Source: a virus
Taxonomy: Duplodnaviria; Caudoviricetes
DNA length: 64,000 nucleotides
Direction: 5' to 3' (one strand)
Virus record (IMG/VR): IMGVR_UViG_2823592041_000002
Location: 1-64,000 of that record
Position 1 is the first letter of the stretch, and each line of letters opens with the position of its first letter. The position numbers and the translations under genes were made by a program. The notes beneath the pieces are model-generated. The model was not told where the DNA came from, searched no databases, and saw nothing but the letters and a program-made list of their open reading frames with translations. Positions 1 through 7,463 of the stretch are shown in pieces.

Positions 1-174
1 CAAAAGGAACTAGACCAACTAAAAGACATAGACACAAAAGAAGGAAAAGAAAGATTCAGAGAACTAGTACATCTAAGAATCCTATCCAATGTAAGAATAA
101 ACCTAATAGAATTCAGTAATATGGTATGGAAGAACAAAGATAAGAAAAAGAGACAAGATAATGAAGAAGAATAA
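1..174 (+). CDS. hypothetical protein, 5'-truncated by window edge
   Basis: Open frame QKELDQLKDIDTKEGKERF...DNEEE* from base 1; not in ORF track. Confidence 0.55.
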   Translation, partial: QKELDQLKDIDTKEGKERFRELVHLRILSNVRINLIEFSNMVWKNKDKKKRQDNEEE

Positions 175-301
175 GAAAGAACAAGAGAATAGAAGAGTAA
201 GAATCCAAATACCCTTCAATACAGGACAAAGAGTACATAAGAGTAAGAAAGACTATAAAAGAAAGAATAAAGTAGATATTCCAAACAATAAAGAAGAATA
301 A
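161..301 (+). CDS. small basic protein (46 aa), ArfA-like motif
   Basis: MKKNKKEQENRRVRIQIPFNTGQRVHKSKKDYKRKNKVDIPNNKEE*; overlaps previous stop; RVHKSKKDYKRK resembles the ArfA KGKGSYxRK segment. Confidence 0.55.
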   Translation: MKKNKKEQENRRVRIQIPFNTGQRVHKSKKDYKRKNKVDIPNNKEE

Positions 302-312
302 ATATATACACT

Positions 313-597
313 ATGGATAATAAAACAATACACAACATATCAGAAATACTAGAAGATATAAAAGAGAATGCTGATTTAGAATTACCTAGAGGGAAACAAA
401 TGATCCTTCAAGCAAAAGATGGTAAGAACAAAAGAGGATTACTAGTAACATTATTAGAAGATGGTGGATATGATATAGCTTACTGGTACAAAGAACCCGA
501 AGAATATCCTATAGAAGTATTAGTGGATGGTAAGAGTGTAAAAGAAGACGCAAAGATAATAACTCTGAAGTTTCATCCAGAATTAAAGGATAAGTAA
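313..597 (+). CDS. hypothetical protein
   Basis: 94-aa ORF preceded by AATAAATA (late-promoter-like). Confidence 0.7.
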   Translation: MDNKTIHNISEILEDIKENADLELPRGKQMILQAKDGKNKRGLLVTLLEDGGYDIAYWYKEPEEYPIEVLVDGKSVKEDAKIITLKFHPELKDK

Positions 598-756
598 ATA
601 ATTCCAAAATACTGTGGCAGAAGGTGACTTTAGCGTGCATACGCCGCTCGGAGGCTTTCGTGCGCTCGAAGAAAATTCAAAAAAATATTAAAAAACGCTT
701 GACAAATCCTCCAAAGTGTGATTCCAAATTATTTCCAAATAGCTCTTGACAAATGC

Positions 757-804
757 AGAAAAGACCTTCTGAATAAATCTACCGCAGAAATATCCCAGAA
801 GGCC
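757..804 (-). terminator. probable terminator of leftmost minus-strand operon
   Basis: Minus strand GGCCTTCTG...CAGAAGGTC followed by TTTT, downstream of stop at 836. Confidence 0.45.
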
Positions 805-835
805 TTGACTATAAAAACAAAAGGAGAGTGGAAAC

Positions 836-1006
836 TCAGAAAAGTGGTGTATAGGATTCCCGAATACCATAATCATATAACATGATATGACTTTCGAAAT
901 TCCCTTTCTCGTCAAAGAAGATCTGATCGAACTCTTTACCACCAAGATAATATGTGATACTCTTTACAGTTCGACCATCTTCATGATATTCTATTTTACT
1001 TTTCAT
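836..1006 (-). CDS. small beta-hairpin (MORN/YwqK-like) protein, paralogue of 1966-2151
   Basis: VKSITYYLGGKEFDQIFFDEKG vs IKSITYLRDGVALDRVVYDENG; start reassigned to ATG 1006 behind AAGGA. Confidence 0.65.
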   Translation of the reverse strand: MKSKIEYHEDGRTVKSITYYLGGKEFDQIFFDEKGNFESHIMLYDYGIRESYTPLF

Positions 1007-1373
1007 AACTATATCCTTTATCCGCATTACCTATACTGAAGTCAATATAGAAGGCCTCATAGAAATAATCTGACTCAGACTCTGATTTATTGAACCACTT
1101 CCTTTCCGAACCATTCTTAATAATCTCAAGAATTCTTTCAAGTACTTCGAAGTTCTTACAATCCTTATACATGTGCATATGATATATGTTTATATCATTG
1201 AAACTCTTAGGATCAAAATATGGAAAGTCACTAAAATCATATGGAGAATTTAGTATATTAACCTCAATACCTGTTGAACCTTTATGATTCTTTTTAACTT
1301 GGAACTTGACATTTGGGAATTCTTTTTTAAGAGCATTCCGAATTTCTTTGATTTCTTCTTTACTGATATACAT
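996..1373 (-). CDS. LPD29-like domain protein
   Basis: KEIRNALKKEFPNVKF...SESDYFYEAFYIDFSIG; clear paralogue of 8311-8796; own promoter and AGGAG RBS. Confidence 0.7.
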   Translation of the reverse strand: MYISKEEIKEIRNALKKEFPNVKFQVKKNHKGSTGIEVNILNSPYDFSDFPYFDPKSFNDINIYHMHMYKDCKNFEVLERILEIIKNGSERKWFNKSESESDYFYEAFYIDFSIGNADKGYSYEK

Positions 1374-1384
1374 TTTGTCTCCTA

Positions 1385-1437
1385 TCTCTCACCCCTACGA
1401 TCTGATCTTAACAAATATACAAGCGAAAGTCAATAGC
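1385..1437 (-). promoter_or_regulatory. early sigma70-type promoter, GATC class (copy 1)
   Basis: TTGACT-17-TAAGAT-CAGATCGTAGGGGTGAGAG. Confidence 0.85.
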
Positions 1438-1696
1438 TTTTATAAAAATAATTCAGCTATTTTTCTCGAAGTGTTCTGAACAGTGTGTGTGCGGAAAGTG
1501 TTCGGAAGTGTTGTTCGGGAATATTCCAGATCACTGTCTTTAGAGTACCTACCCCTTTCTGATATGGGGGTTTAGAACCTATCTCGCTATCTCGAACTAT
1601 CAAAAACTTTTTCCATAGGATTTCGAAATGTTTTTTAATCACACCCATTTTTAAAAAAAATTTTTGATCAAATTTTCCACACGTATAGGACTTTTT

Positions 1697-1975
1697 TTAA
1701 AAACCCCCTTCTGGAAAGGATACCCGACAAGACTTCACAATGTATTTCAAAGCATAGTCGTAATTATGGAACTCGACTTCCCTAGTACTCCCCAACTCTC
1801 TTAAATCATCGAAGAATGCAGCTTCGAATACTTTAGCCTTGAATCCACCCTCGACTTTCCGAATGAATCCCAAAATCAAATCTTCACTAGAATCTCGAAA
1901 CACATCCATGGTGTTTCCGTCGGCAGACGTATAACTAATCTTTTCAAAATCTACCGAATCAATCATTACACACAC
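1697..1975 (-). CDS. hypothetical protein
   Basis: ORF in tightly packed operon. Confidence 0.65.
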   Translation of the reverse strand: MCVMIDSVDFEKISYTSADGNTMDVFRDSSEDLILGFIRKVEGGFKAKVFEAAFFDDLRELGSTREVEFHNYDYALKYIVKSCRVSFPEGGF

Positions 1976-2151
1976 TCCTCAATTGGATTCATACTTTCGA
2001 AATCCTTATATTCACCATTCTCATCATAAACTACCCTATCTAAAGCAACACCATCCCGAAGATAGGTGATTGATTTAATCTTACCCCAAGGCCAGAAGAG
2101 GACAATCTCTTCCATATTATCATATTTGTTCTCAATTTTTGGTCTCATCAT
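1966..2151 (-). CDS. small MORN/YwqK-like protein
   Basis: FWPWGKIKSITYLRDG; RBS AAGGAGAG. Confidence 0.7.
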   Translation of the reverse strand: MMRPKIENKYDNMEEIVLFWPWGKIKSITYLRDGVALDRVVYDENGEYKDFESMNPIEECV

Positions 2152-2161
2152 TCTCTCCTTT

Positions 2162-2386
2162 CTAAAGATATCCGTCTGTTTCTCCAGAGATTACTCTCTC
2201 GTATTCTTTTCTCATATCTTCTTCATTTTCGAAAAACGAGAAAGGATGGTACGATTTTCTTCCTCGGATATCTAACTTCCATCCAGAAAACCATCCCTTG
2301 ACACCCAAATCAGAGTGACCCTCAAAGAATACTAATTCATCTCCAAGATTATTAAACACATTTGTTTCTAAAGATTTACCTATCAT
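2162..2386 (-). CDS. hypothetical protein
   Basis: ORF coupled to upstream stop (TAATG). Confidence 0.65.
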   Translation of the reverse strand: MIGKSLETNVFNNLGDELVFFEGHSDLGVKGWFSGWKLDIRGRKSYHPFSFFENEEDMRKEYERVISGETDGYL

Positions 2387-2634
2387 TACACTCTCCTTTT
2401 CAAATAAGATTGAATTAAACGTTTAGCACCCTCCATAGTTGGTGTGGTGAAGGTCATTTTAGAGACTTTCACAACATACTTGTCTGCATGGATTGGTGTG
2501 ATGGAAGCAACCAATTCACGAGTCCTAGTATCATGGTATGTTTCCACTCTATTTGGAATTACACCGTGCAATTCGAAACCATGCACAATATTTTCCTTTA
2601 GATTTGCAACTCGGTGATAATAAAAATGTTCCAT
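2386..2634 (-). CDS. hypothetical protein
   Basis: Start reassigned to ATG 2634 behind AAGGAGAGAGAG. Confidence 0.65.
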   Translation of the reverse strand: MEHFYYHRVANLKENIVHGFELHGVIPNRVETYHDTRTRELVASITPIHADKYVVKVSKMTFTTPTMEGAKRLIQSYLKRRV

Positions 2635-2645
2635 CTCTCTCTCCT

Positions 2646-2840
2646 TTACCTTGCCACTATGGGGCCAGTACAACCTAATACATATGTCGGGGAAGTATCC
2701 CCAATCTTATCTTTAAGTGTGTTAATCTTCTTTTTAATCGCATACTGTTTCATTACAACTTTCGAAGTGTTTCCACCGAAAGTCAGTAAGTACTTCTGCA
2801 ACTTCTCTATCTGATTCTTAATCTTCTGGGTCTCTTCCAT
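2646..2840 (-). CDS. hypothetical protein
   Basis: First gene behind promoter copy 2; RBS AAAAGGAGAGAG. Confidence 0.7.
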   Translation of the reverse strand: MEETQKIKNQIEKLQKYLLTFGGNTSKVVMKQYAIKKKINTLKDKIGDTSPTYVLGCTGPIVAR

Positions 2841-2920
2841 TTCTCTCTCCTTTTAGTTTCTGGGGTCTTCTCTCTCACCCCTACGATCTGATCTTAACAG
2901 ATTTGACTAGTGAATGTCAA
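2841..2920 (-). promoter_or_regulatory. early promoter, GATC class (copy 2) with 5' hairpin leader
   Basis: TTGACA-18-TAAGAT-CAGATCGTAGGGGT...ACCCC...CTAAAAGGAG. Confidence 0.8.
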
Positions 2921-2923
2921 GCA

Positions 2924-3454
2924 TTATGCAAAACATTTTCTAAGTATTTGAATCCAGTTTTTACGTTTTCCCTCAGATATATCACCCAAGTATACTGTAA
3001 CTCTGTCTTGTGATACCATATCATACAAGGATTTTTTAGTCATAGTAGTTGCGTAATAGTTCTTACTCTTCGAAACAATCCAATCAGATTCTTCGAGATA
3101 TGTTCCACAAACAAACATCAAAAGTTCGTTAGACTCGTTCAGTTCCCAAGTCACTAGAATATATTCACCAGCTCTTTTACTGAACGTTCCACCTCTCCAG
3201 TTCTCACCAGAAGTACATTTAATCTCAATTGCGGTTCCATCTTCTAGAATGAAGTCTGGTTCATGGTCAGACTTTGGGGCTGTTCCACCGTAATGTCTTT
3301 CGAAATTAGTTTCCATAAGACCAGACAAGTCTTCAGAAAGTTGTTTAGGGGATTTGACCAAACCAAATTTCTCATATATCCTCATAAGTTCTTCGAAGTC
3401 TCTTTTAGTGTTTCTAAGTACTGTTTCAAATTTCAAATTATTCAATACAAACAT
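2924..3454 (-). CDS. PD-(D/E)xK nuclease, restriction endonuclease-like
   Basis: EPDFILEDGTAIEIK motif; start reassigned to ATG 3454 behind AAGGAG. Confidence 0.65.
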   Translation of the reverse strand: MFVLNNLKFETVLRNTKRDFEELMRIYEKFGLVKSPKQLSEDLSGLMETNFERHYGGTAPKSDHEPDFILEDGTAIEIKCTSGENWRGGTFSKRAGEYILVTWELNESNELLMFVCGTYLEESDWIVSKSKNYYATTMTKKSLYDMVSQDRVTVYLGDISEGKRKNWIQILRKCFA

Positions 3455-3472
3455 TTCTGTCTCCTTTCCCAT

Positions 3473-3517
3473 CCCTACGATCTGATCTTAACAAATATAC
3501 AAAGCAAAGTCAATAGC
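3473..3517 (-). promoter_or_regulatory. early promoter, GATC class (copy 3)
   Basis: TTGACT-17-TAAGAT-CAGATCGTAGGG; nearly identical to copy 1. Confidence 0.85.
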
Positions 3518-3518
3518 T

Positions 3519-3632
3519 TTACCAAAGATTTCCAAGTATTTTTTTAATTCCTTCCAAAGATATCACTTCGAAGTTTACCAAAGCACTCACCACTACTATT
3601 GCAACTATCACTAATACAACTACTCTAATCAT
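3519..3632 (-). CDS. small membrane protein (37 aa)
   Basis: MIRVVVLVIVAIVVVSALVNFEVISLEGIKKILGNLW*, GGAG RBS; below ORF-track cutoff. Confidence 0.6.
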   Translation of the reverse strand: MIRVVVLVIVAIVVVSALVNFEVISLEGIKKILGNLW

Positions 3633-3640
3633 TTTACTCC

Positions 3641-4159
3641 TTAAAATAAACTTGGTTTTCTAATCTCTACTGTACATATGGTGTCATTCCTGCAACCACC
3701 ATGGGGAACCATCAATATCCTTGTCATATCAAATCCCCTAGTTTTCCCCATACCCATGGAATTCCACCCGAAACAAATAACCTTACCATTAGGTTTTAGA
3801 ATTCTGTCAATCTCATTTTTACAATACTTCCAATAGTGAGACATGGTAGGTTTAACTTCTAACAGTTCCATACCATAACCTTTGTAACATTCTGTCGCCT
3901 GTCTGGAGGAGTATGGAGGGTCATACAGGACACCATCAAAAGAATCTGTCTCCATGGTCTTTAAGAAGGCCAAAGCATCCATATTGTAAGTTGCTTTTCT
4001 TTCTGGGTTCAAATCATTTGTAATTTGTGCAGGACTGTTTTCTCCAGCAAAAGGATCACACCACAACCCTTCACCAACTTCTTCAAGAAGCAATCTCTTA
4101 ATGGGTTTGATAGTGAAGGTCCATTTATTGGGCATTGACCAAACTCTTTCTATTTTCAT
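3641..4159 (-). CDS. compact N6-adenine/N4-cytosine DNA methyltransferase
   Basis: SAM-binding DPFAG and catalytic DPPY motifs. Confidence 0.8.
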   Translation of the reverse strand: MKIERVWSMPNKWTFTIKPIKRLLLEEVGEGLWCDPFAGENSPAQITNDLNPERKATYNMDALAFLKTMETDSFDGVLYDPPYSSRQATECYKGYGMELLEVKPTMSHYWKYCKNEIDRILKPNGKVICFGWNSMGMGKTRGFDMTRILMVPHGGCRNDTICTVEIRKPSLF

Positions 4160-4266
4160 TTTCGATACCTTTCAATTATTTCGAGTACATTCTCCACAAA
4201 CATCTTTGAAATCATTTGCAAGTCATTCAAAGTGTCCAGTAGAAGTTCAAAAAGTTCTCGAAACAT
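4156..4266 (-). CDS. small hypothetical protein (36 aa)
   Basis: MFRELFELLLDTLNDLQMISKMFVENVLEIIERYRK*, overlapping both neighbours (TGATG / ATGA). Confidence 0.5.
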   Translation of the reverse strand: MFRELFELLLDTLNDLQMISKMFVENVLEIIERYRK

Positions 4267-4868
4267 CACATTCCCATATTCGATATAACTTTCGTAAATT
4301 TTTCATTTAGTTCTAGAATTCCTTGATTTTCGAAAAACAAACCTCGTATGAAGTACATATCCGAAAGACTTCTAAAAAACCATTTGTAATTTTCTTTACT
4401 CTCATCTAATGACAGGAACACGCTATCACCTATCCTTGACCATATTTGAAATATTTCTGAAGACATTTGAAGGTTATCTGCAACTGAGACAGTAACAACC
4501 TCCCCTGATGCATTTGTGATATTCTGAATGCATTGAAGTTTTTTCTGTTGCCAAGTCAATGTAGGGTCCGAAGACTCAACAAAAGGTTCTACAATATTCG
4601 AAACACTTTCACCAAAGACGTTCTCAATGTCTTCTAGAGTTGTGTCAGACTTGTTTACGGTATCATGTATCAACCCTGCGATTACAGCATTCTCAGAATA
4701 TCCATGTTTGTTTATTAATCTTGCAACCTCTATACAATGGTTTATATAGGGTGTTGTGTTATTTACCCCAACTTGACCCCTGTACCTTTGTCTGGCAAAC
4801 ACCAAAGCATCTTTCTCTTTTTGTGTTGTTAGAAATTTCTTGTTCTTGGATAATTGAAGTTTACCCAT
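4266..4868 (-). CDS. RelA/SpoT-type HD domain protein, catalytically degenerate paralogue
   Basis: PYINHCIEVA and LIHDT retained, but QVRK>QVGV, ED>NK, DKLHN>DNLQM. Confidence 0.75.
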   Translation of the reverse strand: MGKLQLSKNKKFLTTQKEKDALVFARQRYRGQVGVNNTTPYINHCIEVARLINKHGYSENAVIAGLIHDTVNKSDTTLEDIENVFGESVSNIVEPFVESSDPTLTWQQKKLQCIQNITNASGEVVTVSVADNLQMSSEIFQIWSRIGDSVFLSLDESKENYKWFFRSLSDMYFIRGLFFENQGILELNEKFTKVISNMGM

Positions 4869-4869
4869 C

Positions 4870-5460
4870 TCACATTCCCATTTTTCCCAACACTTTGTTA
4901 ATACTTCGAGCCATTTTCAATAGTGATCTGTTTTCGAAGAATAGACCTCTTACAAAGTACATTTCAGTCAAACTTCGATAAAACCACTTTTGTTTTTCTT
5001 TCCCAGACTTGAATTTCAGAAATACCGCATCTCCGACTTTCAAGAACTGTTCAAGGGTTTCAGTGATATTGTGTAACTTATCCGCAGCAGATATCACCAC
5101 CGCCCCTTCTGGAGCGTCTGTTAACATTTTGATATACCTTACCTTTCTTTCAGCCCAAGACAGTTCTGGTGATTTATCTTCAGTAACATACTCCACAAGA
5201 TTCGAAATCTCTTCCCCGAAACTTCTTCTCAAGTCTTCCAAGGTGGCTTCCGTATCTTCTATAGTATCGTGTAGTAATCCTGCAATTACGATTTCTTCTG
5301 AATACCCATGTTTGTGTAATATCCTTGCGACTTCCATACAATGTGTTATATACGGTCTTGTCGTACCCTTACGGACTTGTCCTTTGTGACAATCTTTTGC
5401 AAATCTCAAAGCAGACTCTCCCATTGGGGTGTTCAGAAATTTCTTTCCTACCGAAGACAT
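4870..5460 (-). CDS. small alarmone hydrolase (Mesh1/SpoT HD domain)
   Basis: HKGQVRK, PYITH, LLHDTIEDT, FGEEI, ADKLHN all present. Confidence 0.85.
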   Translation of the reverse strand: MSSVGKKFLNTPMGESALRFAKDCHKGQVRKGTTRPYITHCMEVARILHKHGYSEEIVIAGLLHDTIEDTEATLEDLRRSFGEEISNLVEYVTEDKSPELSWAERKVRYIKMLTDAPEGAVVISAADKLHNITETLEQFLKVGDAVFLKFKSGKEKQKWFYRSLTEMYFVRGLFFENRSLLKMARSINKVLGKMGM

Positions 5461-5471
5461 TTTCTCTCTCC

Positions 5472-5696
5472 TTACAAATAATAATTCCTAACTAGTTCAA
5501 GTTTATGTTCTAACCTGTCCCTGTTCAATAATTTGATTGCCCTTGGGGTTACAGACACAGCTCCTACATCTTTCAGACTTTTGATAACCGTGAGTAAATC
5601 GTTGTACTGATACCCACCATAGTTTGGGACAACTTGTCCTCTATCTTCTAAATCCTTAACCAACACATTCAAAATTTCTAGTTTAATGTTTTTCAT
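5472..5696 (-). CDS. small winged-helix-like protein
   Basis: Helix/turn/strand pattern (IKSLKDVGAVSVTPRAIKLL); strong RBS. Confidence 0.55.
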   Translation of the reverse strand: MKNIKLEILNVLVKDLEDRGQVVPNYGGYQYNDLLTVIKSLKDVGAVSVTPRAIKLLNRDRLEHKLELVRNYYL

Positions 5697-5720
5697 AACT
5701 CTCTCCTTTTATGTCAAATA

Positions 5721-5990
5721 TTAATAGTCGTTTCTGTCTTTGAACCAATCATCCCTTGGCATATCACCTGTCTGATAACCGAGTGGATCAGTATCATACT
5801 TGTAGTAGTATGTCTTTGGTGTTACCTTCTTAGGGGTTGATTTCTTAGGGTTTGCTTTTATTTTAGCATCTCTCTTGTCCATTTCAATTCTCCATTTCGC
5901 AAGTTGTTCTTCTTGCTTTTTCTTTCTAGCAATTTTTACTTTCTCATTCCATTCTCTTAGTTCTTTTCTTCTCTCTTCTGTCATTTTCAT
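5721..5990 (-). CDS. basic hypothetical protein
   Basis: Behind promoter copy 4; likely start ATG 5990. Confidence 0.65.
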   Translation of the reverse strand: MKMTEERRKELREWNEKVKIARKKKQEEQLAKWRIEMDKRDAKIKANPKKSTPKKVTPKTYYYKYDTDPLGYQTGDMPRDDWFKDRNDY

Positions 5991-6000
5991 CTCTTCTCTC

Positions 6001-6050
6001 CTCACCCTTATGATCTGATCATAACTGATATATGAAGGTTTGTCAATAGC
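6001..6050 (-). promoter_or_regulatory. early promoter, GATC class (copy 4)
   Basis: TTGACA-17-TATGAT-CAGATCATAAGGGTGAG. Confidence 0.85.
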
Positions 6051-6062
6051 TTTTATAAAATA

Positions 6063-6287
6063 TCACGCATTTTTTTTCTCCAGTATCATTGAATAAATGT
6101 AATCCAATTTTGAGTTTAAGTTAATTTGACTTTGTATGTCGGCCGTCTTCCTTATTGATTTGATTGTTGAAGTGTATAAGTCTTCTAACTGTTCTAGATT
6201 CATTCTATCGTACTTTCTAGTCTGTTCTAGTGTAACCATACTACTCACCCCTATGAACGACGACATGTGGACTTCTGAACTCCACAA
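6063..6287 (-). CDS. hypothetical protein
   Basis: ORF track; start uncertain. Confidence 0.5.
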   Translation of the reverse strand: MWSSEVHMSSFIGVSSMVTLEQTRKYDRMNLEQLEDLYTSTIKSIRKTADIQSQINLNSKLDYIYSMILEKKNA

Positions 6288-6501
6288 CGGGGTATTTACC
6301 GTTGCAGTGGTATCCTATTAAGTCGAGAGATGTCTTTTGTACGTTCTCACAGTAATATACTTCACCTTCTGCATGTACAACATATTTTGTATTAGTATCA
6401 GTGTCAAGCCACTCCGCCAACATTTGAGAGTAGATGTATAGAAGTAACATGACGGTGAAGAGCATTAAACATCTAATTAAGTTCATCATATCCATGATCA
6501 A
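6241..6501 (-). CDS. hypothetical membrane-anchored protein
   Basis: N-terminal hydrophobic helix. Confidence 0.55.
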   Translation of the reverse strand: MIMDMMNLIRCLMLFTVMLLLYIYSQMLAEWLDTDTNTKYVVHAEGEVYYCENVQKTSLDLIGYHCNGKYPVVEFRSPHVVVHRGE

Positions 6502-6596
6502 GATCTTCCTCTGTCATATGGTGCATACAATCAAGTTCATGTTCGGTATAGCCATTAAGCTCACGATACCTCACATAATCATCCCAAGTTTCAAAA

Positions 6597-6788
6597 TCAG
6601 AAATACTTACCATCATTAACCTCATCCTCATTTTCATAAGTGTATTCAAACACGTTTAATAATTCACCTTCATTATTGTACAAGTACTTTGTTCTAAATC
6701 TTCCATCAGACCAGAACTTATAAACACTTGTAAAATATTCACTAACAATTGTATCACTATCGTTTATGATTCTGTCTCTTCTTCTCAT
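6597..6788 (-). CDS. small MORN/YwqK-like protein
   Basis: FWSDGRFRTKYLYNNEG resembles 836 and 1966 ORFs. Confidence 0.5.
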   Translation of the reverse strand: MRRRDRIINDSDTIVSEYFTSVYKFWSDGRFRTKYLYNNEGELLNVFEYTYENEDEVNDGKYF

Positions 6789-6911
6789 TTTATCTTCACC
6801 AACTTCCTGATGTTACGTCTTGTCTTTCTCATCTTTCTTTTCTTTAGATCCTTTTTGATCTCTTTTCTAATTTTCTTCAATCTTTTAATTGCTTTCCGTA
6901 AAAATAAAAAA

Positions 6912-7136
6912 TCATAATCTACCATCAAAATCTCCTCCAAAACAATAAATGTGTTCTTCCCCAATAACTAAAGTGTGGCCACGTTTTTTAGCAATATCGC
7001 CCATATACTTTATGAACCCTTCATAATGTTCTATTGGCACATTGTCTTTTATCCAATCAACGTGAATGAAATCTCCATGTTTAGATAACATAGTCATAAT
7101 AACATGACCAAATGATTCAAAATTGTTCATAATCAC
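6912..7136 (-). CDS. hypothetical protein
   Basis: ORF coupled to upstream gene. Confidence 0.6.
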   Translation of the reverse strand: MIMNNFESFGHVIMTMLSKHGDFIHVDWIKDNVPIEHYEGFIKYMGDIAKKRGHTLVIGEEHIYCFGGDFDGRL

Positions 7137-7339
7137 CTCACATTAAAATCTTCACCCCTCATCATCAATTCAGTCTGATAAGAGTTTAGATGCCAAATGG
7201 CTCTTTGTCGCTCATCATCTGTCTTTGCTTTTTTGTATTTTTCTTTATACTCTAAAACGAGTTCTTGAAGTTTCTCTGTAGTCAAAACGATTTCCTCCCT
7301 ATAAGGGTTCCATTCATAATAGTATTCTTTTAATTTCAT
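7133..7339 (-). CDS. hypothetical protein, probably leaderless mRNA
   Basis: Only 6 nt between -10 box and ATG, no SD. Confidence 0.7.
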   Translation of the reverse strand: MKLKEYYYEWNPYREEIVLTTEKLQELVLEYKEKYKKAKTDDERQRAIWHLNSYQTELMMRGEDFNVR

Positions 7340-7378
7340 ACTAAGATCGTAACTTATTTGAGATTGATTGTCAATAGT
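7340..7378 (-). promoter_or_regulatory. early promoter, GATC class (copy 5), leaderless
   Basis: TTGACA-17-TACGAT-CTTAGT-ATG. Confidence 0.8.
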
Positions 7379-7383
7379 TTTTT

Positions 7384-7463
7384 GAGAAGTGTTCGAGATG
7401 TTATCCTTTATGTAAGGTAAGAGAGAAAGGTTAAAGGAGAGAGGATAACATCTCGAAACACTC
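7384..7463 (-). ncRNA. long stem-loop with anti-SD-rich loop (candidate sRNA / 3'-UTR element)
   Basis: Perfect 16-bp stem (7392-7407 / 7442-7457), extendable; 34-nt loop CTCTCCTTTAACCTTTCTCTCTTACCTTACATAA on minus strand; strand inferred from flanking genes. Confidence 0.55.

Noticed and set aside
6813-6915. Possible frameshifted basic ORF (MIF...RKAIKRLKKIRKEIKK)
   Set aside because: Needs one extra T in a homopolymer and there is no in-frame canonical slippery heptamer; cannot distinguish sequencing error, pseudogene or chance
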